64,000 bases of DNA from an uncultured Eubacteriales bacterium (GCA_902492505.1 CABULU010000001.1:71601-135600), one strand, 5' to 3'. Positions 55,200-64,000 are shown, counted from the first letter of the stretch. The notes: generated by a model not told the origin, from the sequence alone. Numbers and translations are program-made.

Positions 55200-56804
55200 A
55201 TGAAAAAGATTATTAAGTTTATATCTTTGATGTGCATTACGGCAATGCTGATGAGCACAGTTGTTTTTGCTCAGAGTGACACATCTGCAAACGATACGCA
55301 GGCTTCGGGCGAAACACAGACTCCGGGTGACATTGAGGTGTCCGAAGATACGGAAAACCCGGACGAGCCTGAAGTCCCGGAAAAAACCGTTGTTTCGGCT
55401 TCGGCATACTTCGGTGATATTTATAAATTTATAAATAAAGGCGAAAAGCCGGATTTGTCTGCGGGATATATCGACTTTAAATTCAGCGATGATACGCAGG
55501 AGCGCGTGTTGCTGAGCGACAGCAGGCTTGCCCCCTTCCCCGATACTTCAGAAATCGGATACCTTACCTATACTTTTGGGATATACGCAAGTACATATTC
55601 GATTAATTTTATTGTTGTCGATCCTTCGATTAATGTATCTGCGTTTAAGGACCTCAAAAAGGAGTTTTGGGGTTATGCAAGTATCCGCAATGTGCTGTTT
55701 GGGGGCTTTTTCACTGGTATGTCCGACAGCGAATTCGCACCAAAGGAAAGTATGACCCGCGCGCAGTTCTGTCAAATGATTTATAATATTTACAAGGATG
55801 ATCCGTCTGTCATGTCGGGGGATATCGATATTGCTTTTACCGACGTTGAGGATTTCAGATGGTATTACGATGCTGTTATGGCATGCGCCAAGGCCGGCAT
55901 TGTGGACGGCGTAGGCGACGGAATGTTCAATCCTCAGGCGCCGATCAAGCGACAGGAGGCGGCTGTCATTATGATGCGTATTCTTATGGGAGCCGATGCG
56001 CTTGATAAGGTGGACGTTGAAGCGGCACTTTCTGCCGCGCGTGCTGCGGGCATTGAAGCAAAGGATTTTGATACCACCTCGAATTATGCGAAAAAAGCAG
56101 TAGCCGCTGCGCTGGGCGTTATATTTTTCGGTGATTCCGAGGGCAACCTCACGCCCAAAAACGATATAAACCGTGCCGAGTGCGCGACGATGATGTCAAA
56201 CTATTTCTTTGAGGGATATAACGCACCACCCGTTAAGTACCTTGTTTACCTCAGTCCGTCAAATCAGATGACAAATCCGTATACGGGAGTTGATACTACC
56301 GAGGGCGCACAAATGCAGCTTGTTGCCGCTGCGGCTGAAAAGTATCTTAAGGAGATGGGCTACGAGGTATATATTGCAGATGTTAATACATCTATAAAAG
56401 AGGACGCTCAGCCTAACCGCGCGTCAGAAGCGGAACAGATGGGGGCGGATGCGTATGTAGCTATTCATTCTAATGCTATTAACAATACCAATAACGGAGA
56501 GAGTGCCGGTGGTGCCGGCGGCGCCACGGGATTTTATAACGGAAACAACAATGGTTCAAAGGAGCTTGCGCAGTTTGTATATGACAGGCTGGCGGCATTC
56601 ACGCCGACTGAGGATAACGGGATAAGCGATGATATGCTAACCTCAAAGCCGTTTGCCGAGGTACGTCTTCCTATTATGGCAAATCTGCTTTTAGAAGTTG
56701 AGTTTCATGATTATAAGCCGTATGCGGAGTGGATAACTCAGAATATCGACGGCATCGGCAAATGTATAGCACAGGGAATTGACGATTATTTTAAATCTCT
56801 GTGA
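55200..56804 (+). CDS. SLH-anchored N-acetylmuramoyl-L-alanine amidase
   Basis: Signal peptide, an unknown N-terminal domain, three SLH repeats, and a C-terminal Amidase_3 domain (YLSPSNQ...YVAIHSNA...LLEVEFHD). Confidence 0.85.
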   Translation: MKKIIKFISLMCITAMLMSTVVFAQSDTSANDTQASGETQTPGDIEVSEDTENPDEPEVPEKTVVSASAYFGDIYKFINKGEKPDLSAGYIDFKFSDDTQERVLLSDSRLAPFPDTSEIGYLTYTFGIYASTYSINFIVVDPSINVSAFKDLKKEFWGYASIRNVLFGGFFTGMSDSEFAPKESMTRAQFCQMIYNIYKDDPSVMSGDIDIAFTDVEDFRWYYDAVMACAKAGIVDGVGDGMFNPQAPIKRQEAAVIMMRILMGADALDKVDVEAALSAARAAGIEAKDFDTTSNYAKKAVAAALGVIFFGDSEGNLTPKNDINRAECATMMSNYFFEGYNAPPVKYLVYLSPSNQMTNPYTGVDTTEGAQMQLVAAAAEKYLKEMGYEVYIADVNTSIKEDAQPNRASEAEQMGADAYVAIHSNAINNTNNGESAGGAGGATGFYNGNNNGSKELAQFVYDRLAAFTPTEDNGISDDMLTSKPFAEVRLPIMANLLLEVEFHDYKPYAEWITQNIDGIGKCIAQGIDDYFKSL

Positions 56805-56820
56805 AAAAGTTAAATAAATG

Positions 56821-56852
56821 ACTGCCGCGAGCTGTTGCCCGCGGCAGTTTTT
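56821..56852. terminator. bidirectional intrinsic terminator
   Basis: actgccgcg-agctgttgcc-cgcggcagt followed by T5. Confidence 0.8.
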
Positions 56853-57777
56853 ATTTGTTTTGTCTTATCACTGATACGGTTTTTGGCATCATAAATATTA
56901 GCAGACCTGAAAAAAGCCAAAGAGCCGATGTCTCTGTCAATTTGAGGACAAAAATCATGAGCAGCAAGACAGCGCCCGTAATATACATCGTTTTAGTCAC
57001 AGCTCCCGCTCGTTTAAGAAGACAGCGGCGCCGCAGCCAGACAAAGCAGACAGTCAATATCAAAACAGACATTATGTATATTAATATAACAGATGCCGTT
57101 TCATATTGAGTGCCGTGTATTTCTGAAAACGGATTCATATAATAAAATGCGGTCTGAAAAGCGCTGTAAAACGGTTGTACCTTTTCGGAAATTCCGTAAA
57201 ACCGATAGCTTACGGCGCTGTATAAAAATGAGCCTGTTAAATAAATCAAGTAAATCAGCTCGGCAGTGACTACCGCACCTCCCGCAAGCCCGCGCGCTAT
57301 AAGAATGCCGACAAGAGAAAATGCTGTGACGGCAAGTGCAACGGCAGCAGTGCCGCATATTATATTTAATCGGCGCAGGACAGAAAACGGTTCGTTGAAA
57401 AAAACAAACAGGCGCAGAAACAGCGGAATTAAAGTACAAATAATCTCGCCTGTAAGCGCGGCGGCAAGCCGCACGGCGCAGTGCGAGACGGTACTGCGTG
57501 CGCCTGACAGGTAAAAGTCTGCTCTGCGCTGCTCCCATAAAAAGGAGAACAGTCTGTATATAAAGAAAAACGGCACGAAGAACGGAAAGTATGCCATATT
57601 GCCGGCAAGTTCGGATGCAGGCATGTAAGGTGCATACTGAGGATTGATTCCGGGAGACCATATGCCGAAAATAAGTGCCGCCGCCGTAAATAGCAGAATA
57701 AGCGGCAATATCTCACAAAGCGCCTCTGTATAGAGAAAGAATTTAGAGTATTTTGTATTCGAACGCCGGATTGCCAT
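56851..57777 (-). CDS. polytopic membrane protein (ABC-2-type permease-like), last gene of the YtrA-type operon
   Basis: 308 aa with about 8 TM helices. It overlaps the upstream gene by 35 nt. Confidence 0.6.
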   Translation of the reverse strand: MAIRRSNTKYSKFFLYTEALCEILPLILLFTAAALIFGIWSPGINPQYAPYMPASELAGNMAYFPFFVPFFFIYRLFSFLWEQRRADFYLSGARSTVSHCAVRLAAALTGEIICTLIPLFLRLFVFFNEPFSVLRRLNIICGTAAVALAVTAFSLVGILIARGLAGGAVVTAELIYLIYLTGSFLYSAVSYRFYGISEKVQPFYSAFQTAFYYMNPFSEIHGTQYETASVILIYIMSVLILTVCFVWLRRRCLLKRAGAVTKTMYITGAVLLLMIFVLKLTETSALWLFSGLLIFMMPKTVSVIRQNK

Positions 57778-59497
57778 ATTTGTTCAGCTCCTCTCTTACT
57801 AAATTATCAAGGAGACTTTTTGTCTCAGGAAAAGCGGCGCTGTTAATGCGGCATTTAAGCACCTTTCCGTTTTTAAGACGCAGCTCAAGAATTTGTGATG
57901 TGTCTTCGGTATTGCCGATTTCGTAGAGCGCCGCCAGCGTCTGTTGCTCGGTAAGCTGTGAAAACTCGCGGTAAAAGCTGTTTAAAACGGCACCACTGTT
58001 TTCTATAAATCCGATTTTTGTAACGGAACGTGCCGTGCTTTCGTCAAGCCAGTTTTTAGACTCAATCTGTGCGTCGTAAACTATCTCGCAGACGTTTTCC
58101 TGTGAAAAAAGCTGTGCATTGTTTCTATTTGCTGATTTTATAAGCTTTTCAATCAGCTCTTCGTTTGCAAAATCATAACATGGCTCGGATTTACCCTGTG
58201 AGCACATATTGTACTGTATATAATGTGTTGTGTTTTTGCCCATGGACGGGTCTCGCCGCAGCTGCGTAATCAGCTCTGAATCGTTTACTTTGACTTTTCC
58301 TGCAATGTCTTCGTGAGCGCTGATATAGTTCAAATCAAAGTAATCGTCCATTGAACAAATATTATTTATTTCGATGTATTCGGGAGGCTCAGGCACTGTC
58401 GGATAAAATTCGGTGTTGATTTTCACTGAAATGCTTGTCACGGCAGCGGCAATCAGTACTCCGGCAAATACCGGAAGTGAACGTATCAGTCTTTTGAACG
58501 AGTATGTGCATATAAATTCGGATATGAGGAAAATAAGCAGAGCCAGCATAAAGAGTGCAAAGACTTCCCTGTATCTTACCGATGAATAGTAGTTGCGTTT
58601 ATCTATATATGCGACAGCTGTTTTTATGCAAATAGGAGCTGTCAATACCGCAGCGGCGATATGACCTGTGACAGAACGCCGCACACCTGCCCCCGGCTGC
58701 GTTTTTGCGCGTCTGTATGCCAAAAATGCAAGAATTGAAAAAATCGGGATTGAAACCGCGCCCCAGATAAGTGCGCTGTTTGGGAAAACGGCACGCCAGT
58801 ACACTATTTCTCCTGTGAAAAACTGCAATCCGCTAAGGGCATCAAGCCCCAGTATTCCGCTGACTATTTTATAGAAAAACGGCGGGGAGAATTCGGGCGG
58901 AAAAATGGTTGGCGGTAAGTGATTATAGCTTGCGTACAGACCTCCTATGACTGAGTACAGCAAAGGCACTGCGAATGTAAGCGCGCAATACAGGACGGCG
59001 GATGCCGACATTCTGCCGCAGAGAGAAATTGCAACGACAGCAACGGCACACAGGCAGGCAGACATCAGCAGAAGCGCAGACGGTACGCGCAGTCCTGCGC
59101 CGAAAAGAATAAAGTTGTGTTTCCAAAGCAGATAATTAACCGTAAAGTAAACGACTGCCGCCGATAAAAGCTGCACTGTCAGAACCGCTGAAAATTTTGC
59201 GGTAAAAATTCCGGAGCGTGATTTGGGTATACTCCCGTAAAAATCCGACTGTGCTTTATTGTGGAGGTATCCGAACTGCTTATAGGTCAAGATAAACGGC
59301 AGTACAAAGCAATATATAAAAATCGGATAAATAATCATAGCCCCTATTTCAAAATCAAGACCTGTTTCACCCGTCGGGCTGTAAAATTTTATTATTCCGA
59401 CGCTCAGTATAATCATACCCGCCGTGCCCGCAATGCCGGCGGATAAAAGCTCTCTGACAGAAAGTAAAAAAAATCGGAGCGGATTATTTTGTTTCAT
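57743..59497 (-). CDS. polytopic membrane protein with C-terminal extracytoplasmic domain (ABC-2 permease-like)
   Basis: Start set at the ATG at 59497 (SD gaggtg), overlapping the ATPase stop by 14 nt. About 10 TM helices are followed by a ~200-aa soluble C-terminus. Confidence 0.6.
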   Translation of the reverse strand: MKQNNPLRFFLLSVRELLSAGIAGTAGMIILSVGIIKFYSPTGETGLDFEIGAMIIYPIFIYCFVLPFILTYKQFGYLHNKAQSDFYGSIPKSRSGIFTAKFSAVLTVQLLSAAVVYFTVNYLLWKHNFILFGAGLRVPSALLLMSACLCAVAVVAISLCGRMSASAVLYCALTFAVPLLYSVIGGLYASYNHLPPTIFPPEFSPPFFYKIVSGILGLDALSGLQFFTGEIVYWRAVFPNSALIWGAVSIPIFSILAFLAYRRAKTQPGAGVRRSVTGHIAAAVLTAPICIKTAVAYIDKRNYYSSVRYREVFALFMLALLIFLISEFICTYSFKRLIRSLPVFAGVLIAAAVTSISVKINTEFYPTVPEPPEYIEINNICSMDDYFDLNYISAHEDIAGKVKVNDSELITQLRRDPSMGKNTTHYIQYNMCSQGKSEPCYDFANEELIEKLIKSANRNNAQLFSQENVCEIVYDAQIESKNWLDESTARSVTKIGFIENSGAVLNSFYREFSQLTEQQTLAALYEIGNTEDTSQILELRLKNGKVLKCRINSAAFPETKSLLDNLVREELNKYGNPAFEYKIL

Positions 59498-60395
59498 CGG
59501 TTCGCACCTCATCAAAGCTGTATCCGAGCGCAGCCGTTTCATGAATAAATATCTCCTCCAGCGACAGCGGCATAAGCTCCAAAAACAGCGGATTTTTTAT
59601 GCGCACGGCTTCGGTTATTCTCTCCTTGTCCCCGCGGGCAATAAGCTCGTATACACGCCCGTACTTTTTGAGGCTGAGAATTTCAATCCCGTCAAAAATT
59701 TCTCTGCTGAAATCGCCGTCAAAAGCCGTCTGTATCTTTACCAGGGAGGTGCGGATATTCTGTATATCTCCGTCAAATGCGATTTTGCCGCCGTGCAGCA
59801 GCGCCAGTCTGTCGCAGGTGTCCTCCAGCTCACGCAGCGAATGCGATGTCATAATTACCGACATTTTGCGCAGCGCCGCGTCTTCAAAAAGTATGCGCCG
59901 GACCGCCGTGCGTACCGCGGGGTCAAGTCCGTCAAAGGTTTCGTCCATAATAAGGTATTTCGGGTACGCCGACATTGCCAATATTATAGCCGCCTGCCGT
60001 TTCAAGCCTTTTGAAAATGAATCGATTTTTTTTGAGCAGTCTATGTTAAGCGCCAGAGCCAGTTCAAAAAGCCGCGCTTTTGAGAAAGTGGGATATACTG
60101 CTTTGTACAGCCGCGCCATTCTGCTCAAATCGGCGTTTTTTATAAAATACGGTTCATCCGGCACAAAGGCAAGCTTTCCTTTTGCGGCCGGATTTTTGGA
60201 AATATCCTCGCCGTCAATTGTTATTATGCCGCTGTCAGCACGCAAAACTCCGCATATAAGCCGCATGAGCGTGCTTTTCCCCACACCGTTTACTCCGACA
60301 AGTCCGAATATTGAACCGTCGGGTATTTCAAGTGAAAGAGCGTTTAAAACTGCTGATTTGTTGTATTTTTTCGTTACCTTATCTGCCTGTATCAT
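59484..60395 (-). CDS. ABC transporter ATP-binding protein
   Basis: Walker A GVNGVGKST, signature FSKGLKRQ, Walker B LIMDETFDGLD. Confidence 0.9.
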   Translation of the reverse strand: MIQADKVTKKYNKSAVLNALSLEIPDGSIFGLVGVNGVGKSTLMRLICGVLRADSGIITIDGEDISKNPAAKGKLAFVPDEPYFIKNADLSRMARLYKAVYPTFSKARLFELALALNIDCSKKIDSFSKGLKRQAAIILAMSAYPKYLIMDETFDGLDPAVRTAVRRILFEDAALRKMSVIMTSHSLRELEDTCDRLALLHGGKIAFDGDIQNIRTSLVKIQTAFDGDFSREIFDGIEILSLKKYGRVYELIARGDKERITEAVRIKNPLFLELMPLSLEEIFIHETAALGYSFDEVRTDETK

Positions 60396-60769
60396 AGTTT
60401 TCCCCCTTTTGAAAACTCGTCATTAATAACTTCAATAAGCACATCTTTTGAAACTCCGTTCATGCGCAGGCGGCTTATAAGCTCTCTGAAATCCGTAAGC
60501 TTGGTCGAAGCGCGGCGGGCTATAATTTCACGGGCATTTTTGCTTACAAATCTGCCTACTCCCGCAACGCTGTATGTGACACCGGCGTCTTCAAGCGATG
60601 TATAGGCTTTTTGTACGGTATTTGGATTTACCGTGAGCTCAACCGCCAGCACCCGCACTGAAGGTATTTGTGCATCAGGCGGCAGTGCGCCGCTGACAAT
60701 AAGCTCTTCTATCCGGTTTATCAGTTGTTCGTAAACAGGCGTGCGTGACAGCTTGTCAATAATAATCAT
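60392..60769 (-). CDS. GntR-family transcriptional regulator, YtrA subfamily
   Basis: 125 aa with a wHTH (IPSVRVLAVELTVNPNTVQKAYTSLEDAG) and a short C-terminus. Its stop overlaps the ATPase start (ATGA). Confidence 0.85.
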   Translation of the reverse strand: MIIIDKLSRTPVYEQLINRIEELIVSGALPPDAQIPSVRVLAVELTVNPNTVQKAYTSLEDAGVTYSVAGVGRFVSKNAREIIARRASTKLTDFRELISRLRMNGVSKDVLIEVINDEFSKGGKL

Positions 60770-60802
60770 CGGCGTTCATCTCTTTTTTTGTATGATGTGT
60801 AT

Positions 60803-60818
60803 TAGTACATATAGTACA
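60803..60818. promoter_or_regulatory. direct repeat TAGTACA-ta-TAGTACA in the GntR/M23 divergent intergenic region (candidate YtrA operator)
   Basis: TAGTACA at 60803-60809 and again at 60812-60818, 35-50 bp upstream of the GntR start. Flanked by GTGTA...TACAC. Confidence 0.35.
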
Positions 60819-60897
60819 CTATAAGAATACAGTATACAGCGCTGTTTGTCAAGCCATATTTCGGAGCTTTTTTGCATAGGATTATGGGGGTGACGTT

Positions 60898-61812
60898 ATG
60901 ATTAAGGTAATAAGGCTAAAGCGTGCGGCGGCTGTATGTATAGCGTCGGTGCTGATGATAGCATGCGCTGTTGCGGTTGGCAGCGAGCGGGCGCGCACGG
61001 TTTCGGGAGAATATATCAAATGGGTGGATTTTACACCCACCACGTCGGCGCTGCGTCAGGCGCTTGAAATAGACATAAAATCTCACGACAGCGACACTCC
61101 AGTTGGATGGATAGAGCTGCTGGCGTACGCCGCATGCAAAAACGGCGGGAAATTTACCGGCGGCAGGGATAAGTATATAACTCAGCTTTACGAGCGTATT
61201 CAGAATGCTGAGGATATTGAGGCGATAACAGCCGACATGAAGCATTATAATTATTTTTATGAGGCATACAGCGCCGTGCTTTCCGGGTATGTCGGATACA
61301 ACGACGACGGAGAGTACGGAGTGCTTGTTCGTTCTCCGTTTGCAGCCGGATATTATTATTCGCATTATGATGATTTCGGAGTTTCACGGACTTACGGATA
61401 TAAGCGGCGGCATTTGGGTCATGATATGATGGGCTCTGTCGGCACACCGATAGTGGCGGTGGAGGGCGGCAGGATCGAAGCTCTGGGCTGGAATCAGTAC
61501 GGCGGCTGGCGTGTAGGCATTCGTTCAAACGACGGCAGGCGCTATTACTACTATGCTCATCTGCGCAAAGACAAACCGTTTGCAGAGGGTTTAAAGGAGG
61601 GGGATACCGTCAAGGCGGGGCAGCTTATCGGATATTTGGGGATGACAGGGTATTCCTCAAAGGAAAATGTCAATAACATCAACACGCCGCATCTGCATTT
61701 CGGAATTCAGCTGATTTTCGACGAGAGTCAGAAGGACGGAGTAAACCAGATTTGGATTGACTGCTATCAGATTATAAATTTTTTGGAAAAGTACAGGGCA
61801 AGCGTGGCGTAA
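60898..61812 (+). CDS. M23-family metallopeptidase
   Basis: HLGHDM, GWRVGIRS...YYYAHL and TPHLHFGIQL motifs. N-terminal signal/anchor. Confidence 0.85.
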   Translation: MIKVIRLKRAAAVCIASVLMIACAVAVGSERARTVSGEYIKWVDFTPTTSALRQALEIDIKSHDSDTPVGWIELLAYAACKNGGKFTGGRDKYITQLYERIQNAEDIEAITADMKHYNYFYEAYSAVLSGYVGYNDDGEYGVLVRSPFAAGYYYSHYDDFGVSRTYGYKRRHLGHDMMGSVGTPIVAVEGGRIEALGWNQYGGWRVGIRSNDGRRYYYYAHLRKDKPFAEGLKEGDTVKAGQLIGYLGMTGYSSKENVNNINTPHLHFGIQLIFDESQKDGVNQIWIDCYQIINFLEKYRASVA

Positions 61813-61836
61813 ATACTTAATAGTCTTAAAAATGGC

Positions 61837-61865
61837 TTGATTATCATCGAAAACTGTGGTAAAAT
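61837..61865 (+). promoter_or_regulatory. sigma-A promoter (extended -10) of the NifU-like/GGGtGRT pair
   Basis: TTGATT, 17-nt spacer ending in TGg, TAAAAT. Confidence 0.55.
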
Positions 61866-61910
61866 GTCACATGGTTAATTTTTATTATTCGTTTGAAGGG
61901 AGTTAGAAAT

Positions 61911-62603
61911 ATGACTTATTCGCATGAAGTTGAAATGATGTGCCCGATTGCGAAGGGACCCAAGCACGGTCCTGCTCCGATTCCCGAAGAGGGAAAATGG
62001 GTAAAAGCAACTCAAATCTCAGATATCAGCGGTCTTTCGCACGGTATCGGCTGGTGTGCTCCGCAGCAGGGCTGCTGCAAGCTTACACTTAATGTTAAGG
62101 ACGGTATTATCGAGGAGGCTCTTGTTGAGACTCTGGGCTGCTCCGGCATGACGCATTCCGCTGCTATGGCGGGAGAAATACTTCAGGGTAAAACTATCCT
62201 CGAAGCGCTTAATACCGACCTTGTATGTGATGCAATAAACGTTGCAATGAGAGAGATTTTCAAGCAGCTTGTTTACGGCAGAACACAGACGGCGTTCTCC
62301 GAGGGAGGTCTGCCTATCGGTGCGTCTCTGGAGGACTTGGGTAAAGGTCTTCGTTCTCAGGTAGGTACTATATTTGCTACAAACGCCAAAGGCGTTCGCT
62401 ATCTTGAGATGGCGGAAGGCTATATTCTGAGCGTTGCCCTTGACGCCGACAACGAGTGCATAGGATATAAATTCGTACATCTCGGCAAAATGATGGACAT
62501 GATTCGCAAGGGCGCTGATCCCAAGGACGCGTATGAAAAAAATATCGGTCAGTACGGCAGATATGACGAGGCTGTCAAGTACATAGACCCGAGAGCAGAG
62601 TAA
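61911..62603 (+). CDS. IscU/NifU-N-like scaffold-domain protein (partner of the GGGtGRT protein)
   Basis: WCAPQQGCCKLTLNVKDGIIEEALVETLGCSGMTHSAAMAGE resembles the IscU fold with its Cys ligands. SD agggag. Confidence 0.7.
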   Translation: MTYSHEVEMMCPIAKGPKHGPAPIPEEGKWVKATQISDISGLSHGIGWCAPQQGCCKLTLNVKDGIIEEALVETLGCSGMTHSAAMAGEILQGKTILEALNTDLVCDAINVAMREIFKQLVYGRTQTAFSEGGLPIGASLEDLGKGLRSQVGTIFATNAKGVRYLEMAEGYILSVALDADNECIGYKFVHLGKMMDMIRKGADPKDAYEKNIGQYGRYDEAVKYIDPRAE

Positions 62604-62621
62604 GGAAAGGAGGATACAATA

Positions 62622-63623
62622 ATGGCTAATTTTGAAGGTTACGAGAGAAGAATAGCTCAGATTGAGCCTGTTCTTGCAAAATACGGTTTTAAAACGCTGG
62701 ACGAGGCAAAACAGTTCTGCCTTGATAAAGGCGTCGATGCTGAGAGCATAGTACGCGGAGTTCAGCCTATCGCGTTTGAGAACGCTGTCTGGGCATATAC
62801 GCTCGGCTGTGCCATTGCACTGAAAGAGGGCGTAAAGACAGCCGCAGACGCTGCTGTTGAAATCGGAAAGGGACTTCAGGCTTTCTGTATCCCCGGCTCT
62901 GTTGCGGAAACAAGACAGGTGGGTCTGGGTCACGGCAACCTTGCGTCCATGCTTCTTAAAGAGGAGACAAAATGCTTCTGCTTCCTTGCAGGACATGAGT
63001 CTTTTGCCGCAGCCGAGGGCGCAATCGGTATTGCAAAAACAGCGAATAAGGTGAGAAAAACTCCGCTTCAGGTTATTCTTAACGGTCTTGGAAAAGACGC
63101 GGCGTTTATCATTTCGAGAATAAACGGCTTTACTTATGTTCAGACAGAGTATGATTTCTACACAAGTGAGCTTAAGGTAGTCAGAGAGCATGCGTATTCC
63201 GACGGCGACAAGGCAAAGGTTCGCTGCTACGGCGCAAATGACGTTTTAGAGGGTGTTGCTATAATGAAACACGAAAACGTTGATGTTTCCATCACCGGCA
63301 ACTCCACCAATCCCACCCGTTTCCAGCATCTTGTTGCAGGTACTTATAAAAAGTGGGCGGGTGAAAACGGCAAGAATTATTTCTCGGTAGCGTCAGGCGG
63401 CGGTACCGGGCGTACTCTCCATCCGGATAACATGGCGGCAGGTCCCGCTTCATACGGTCTTACCGACTCTATGGGTCGCATGCACGGCGACGCTCAGTTT
63501 GCAGGCTCATCCTCCGTTCCCGCTCATGTTGAGATGATGGGACTTATAGGTATGGGCAACAACCCCATGGTCGGCGCTTCGGTTGCGTGTGCCGTTGCAG
63601 TTGAAGAAGCAATGAAAAAATAA
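62622..63623 (+). CDS. GGGtGRT-family protein (conserved, function unknown)
   Basis: Contains the eponymous SGGGTGRTLHPDNMAAGPASYG motif. SD aaaggagga. Confidence 0.8.
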   Translation: MANFEGYERRIAQIEPVLAKYGFKTLDEAKQFCLDKGVDAESIVRGVQPIAFENAVWAYTLGCAIALKEGVKTAADAAVEIGKGLQAFCIPGSVAETRQVGLGHGNLASMLLKEETKCFCFLAGHESFAAAEGAIGIAKTANKVRKTPLQVILNGLGKDAAFIISRINGFTYVQTEYDFYTSELKVVREHAYSDGDKAKVRCYGANDVLEGVAIMKHENVDVSITGNSTNPTRFQHLVAGTYKKWAGENGKNYFSVASGGGTGRTLHPDNMAAGPASYGLTDSMGRMHGDAQFAGSSSVPAHVEMMGLIGMGNNPMVGASVACAVAVEEAMKK

Positions 63624-63660
63624 AAAAGTACGCATAATACAGTAACATTTTTAAATATAA

Positions 63661-63706
63661 AAACAGCAGGGGCTGAGGCTTTGATGACTCATTCCCTGCT
63701 GTTTTT
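63661..63706 (+). terminator. intrinsic terminator
   Basis: aaacagcaggg...ccctgctgttt (11-bp stem, 22-nt loop) followed by a T-run. Confidence 0.7.
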
Positions 63707-63710
63707 CATA

Positions 63711-63739
63711 TTGACAAAAATCTAATATATTTATATAAT
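63711..63739 (+). promoter_or_regulatory. consensus sigma-A promoter
   Basis: TTGACA, 17-nt spacer, TATAAT. Confidence 0.65.
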
Positions 63740-63776
63740 TTGTTCAATAAAGTTTTTATTTGCGTAAGGGGGAAAA

Positions 63777-64000
63777 ATGAAAAAGTATCGTTGTCCGTAT
63801 TGCGGCGAGGAGTGTATTACGTTGTTTTATGATATATCATGTTCGCGTCGATCATACAACCATAACTATGGCTCTATAAATGACGGAAAATATGCGACGG
63901 GGTCGTGCAACAACTGCTGTAAATTATTTATGACACGCCCTCATCATTCCAATAAGATTATTTATACTATCTGTAATGTAGGAATAATCATGCTTTCTGT
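63777..64000 (+). CDS. small Cys-rich (zinc-ribbon-like) protein, 5' part (3' end beyond window)
   Basis: Not in the supplied track. SD aaggggga then ATG. MKKYRCPYCGEECITLF...GSCNNCCKLF... stays open to the window end. Confidence 0.5.
   Translation, partial: MKKYRCPYCGEECITLFYDISCSRRSYNHNYGSINDGKYATGSCNNCCKLFMTRPHHSNKIIYTICNVGIIMLS

Noticed and set aside
59599-60426. 275-aa plus-strand ORF. The same applies to 21310-22065, 6768-7454, 16585-17199, 17227-17787 and 54439-55059.
   Set aside because: All are antisense shadows of genes with clear family motifs (ABC ATPase, DUF554, GH18, Na/Pi cotransporter, asparaginase). Their products are Ser/Arg/Pro-rich and lack starts with an SD.
62019-63191. 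390-aa minus-strand ORF spanning two plus-strand genes
   Set aside because: It is antisense to the well-supported IscU-like and GGGtGRT genes and crosses their intergenic spacer. Its composition is Cys/Ser/Leu/Arg-rich shadow-frame material, and it has no SD.
1-64000. Search for tRNA, rRNA, tmRNA, RNase P, SRP RNA, CRISPR repeats, transposase/integrase genes, DGR template/variable repeat pairs and long (over 100 bp) exact repeats
   Set aside because: None was recognised by eye on either strand. The only long-range similarity is the diverged intragenic (A-B)x2 duplication of the giant gene and the short repeats listed above. A proper tRNAscan, Infernal and repeat-finder run would be needed to be certain.

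Overview
64-kb chromosomal segment from a roughly mid-GC, spore-forming Firmicute. It looks like Clostridia: there are spo0A-like, alpha/beta SASP and YaaH/SleL-like germination hydrolase genes, and several SLH-anchored surface proteins. I count about 55 protein-coding genes. I found no rRNA, tRNA, CRISPR array, transposase or integrase. Housekeeping genes: proS (archaeal-type), recG, birA, cls, rlmD, yebC-family, prsA-like PPIase, AlaX-type editing protein, type I asparaginase. Transport genes: lysine-riboswitch-controlled NhaC-family antiporter, AzlCD, Na/Pi-cotransporter-PhoU fusion, CPA2 antiporter, MFS, and a YtrA(GntR)-ABC operon. There is a four-gene Na+-translocating oxaloacetate-decarboxylase-type operon. 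Cell-wall hydrolases: two M23 peptidases, two Amidase_3, one GH18. The largest feature is a 9-kb gene for a ~2990-aa SLH-anchored beta-helix surface protein built as an (A-B)x2 internal duplication, driven by a consensus promoter that overlaps a perfect 30-bp palindrome. Most worth a second look: (1) a ~260-nt GC-rich, multi-hairpin leader with its own consensus promoter and intrinsic terminator upstream of the Na/Pi-PhoU transporter, which I could not assign to any riboswitch class; (2) the giant surface protein and its operator; (3) a Spo0A paralog whose receiver domain has lost the acidic pocket and the conserved Lys; (4) an SbcC/YhaN-like ATPase with a membrane hairpin where the zinc hook should be; (5) three visibly AT-rich islets (XRE/XRE/AAA-ATPase; C10-like cysteine peptidase + SLH protein; propeptide-like lipoprotein); (6) a truncated type I HsdS remnant fused to the 3' end of rlmD. 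Several ORF-track starts were moved downstream where the listed start lies inside a promoter or terminator, or lacks an SD. One ORF at each window edge was missing from the track. All calls come from reading the sequence. No database search or folding program was run.
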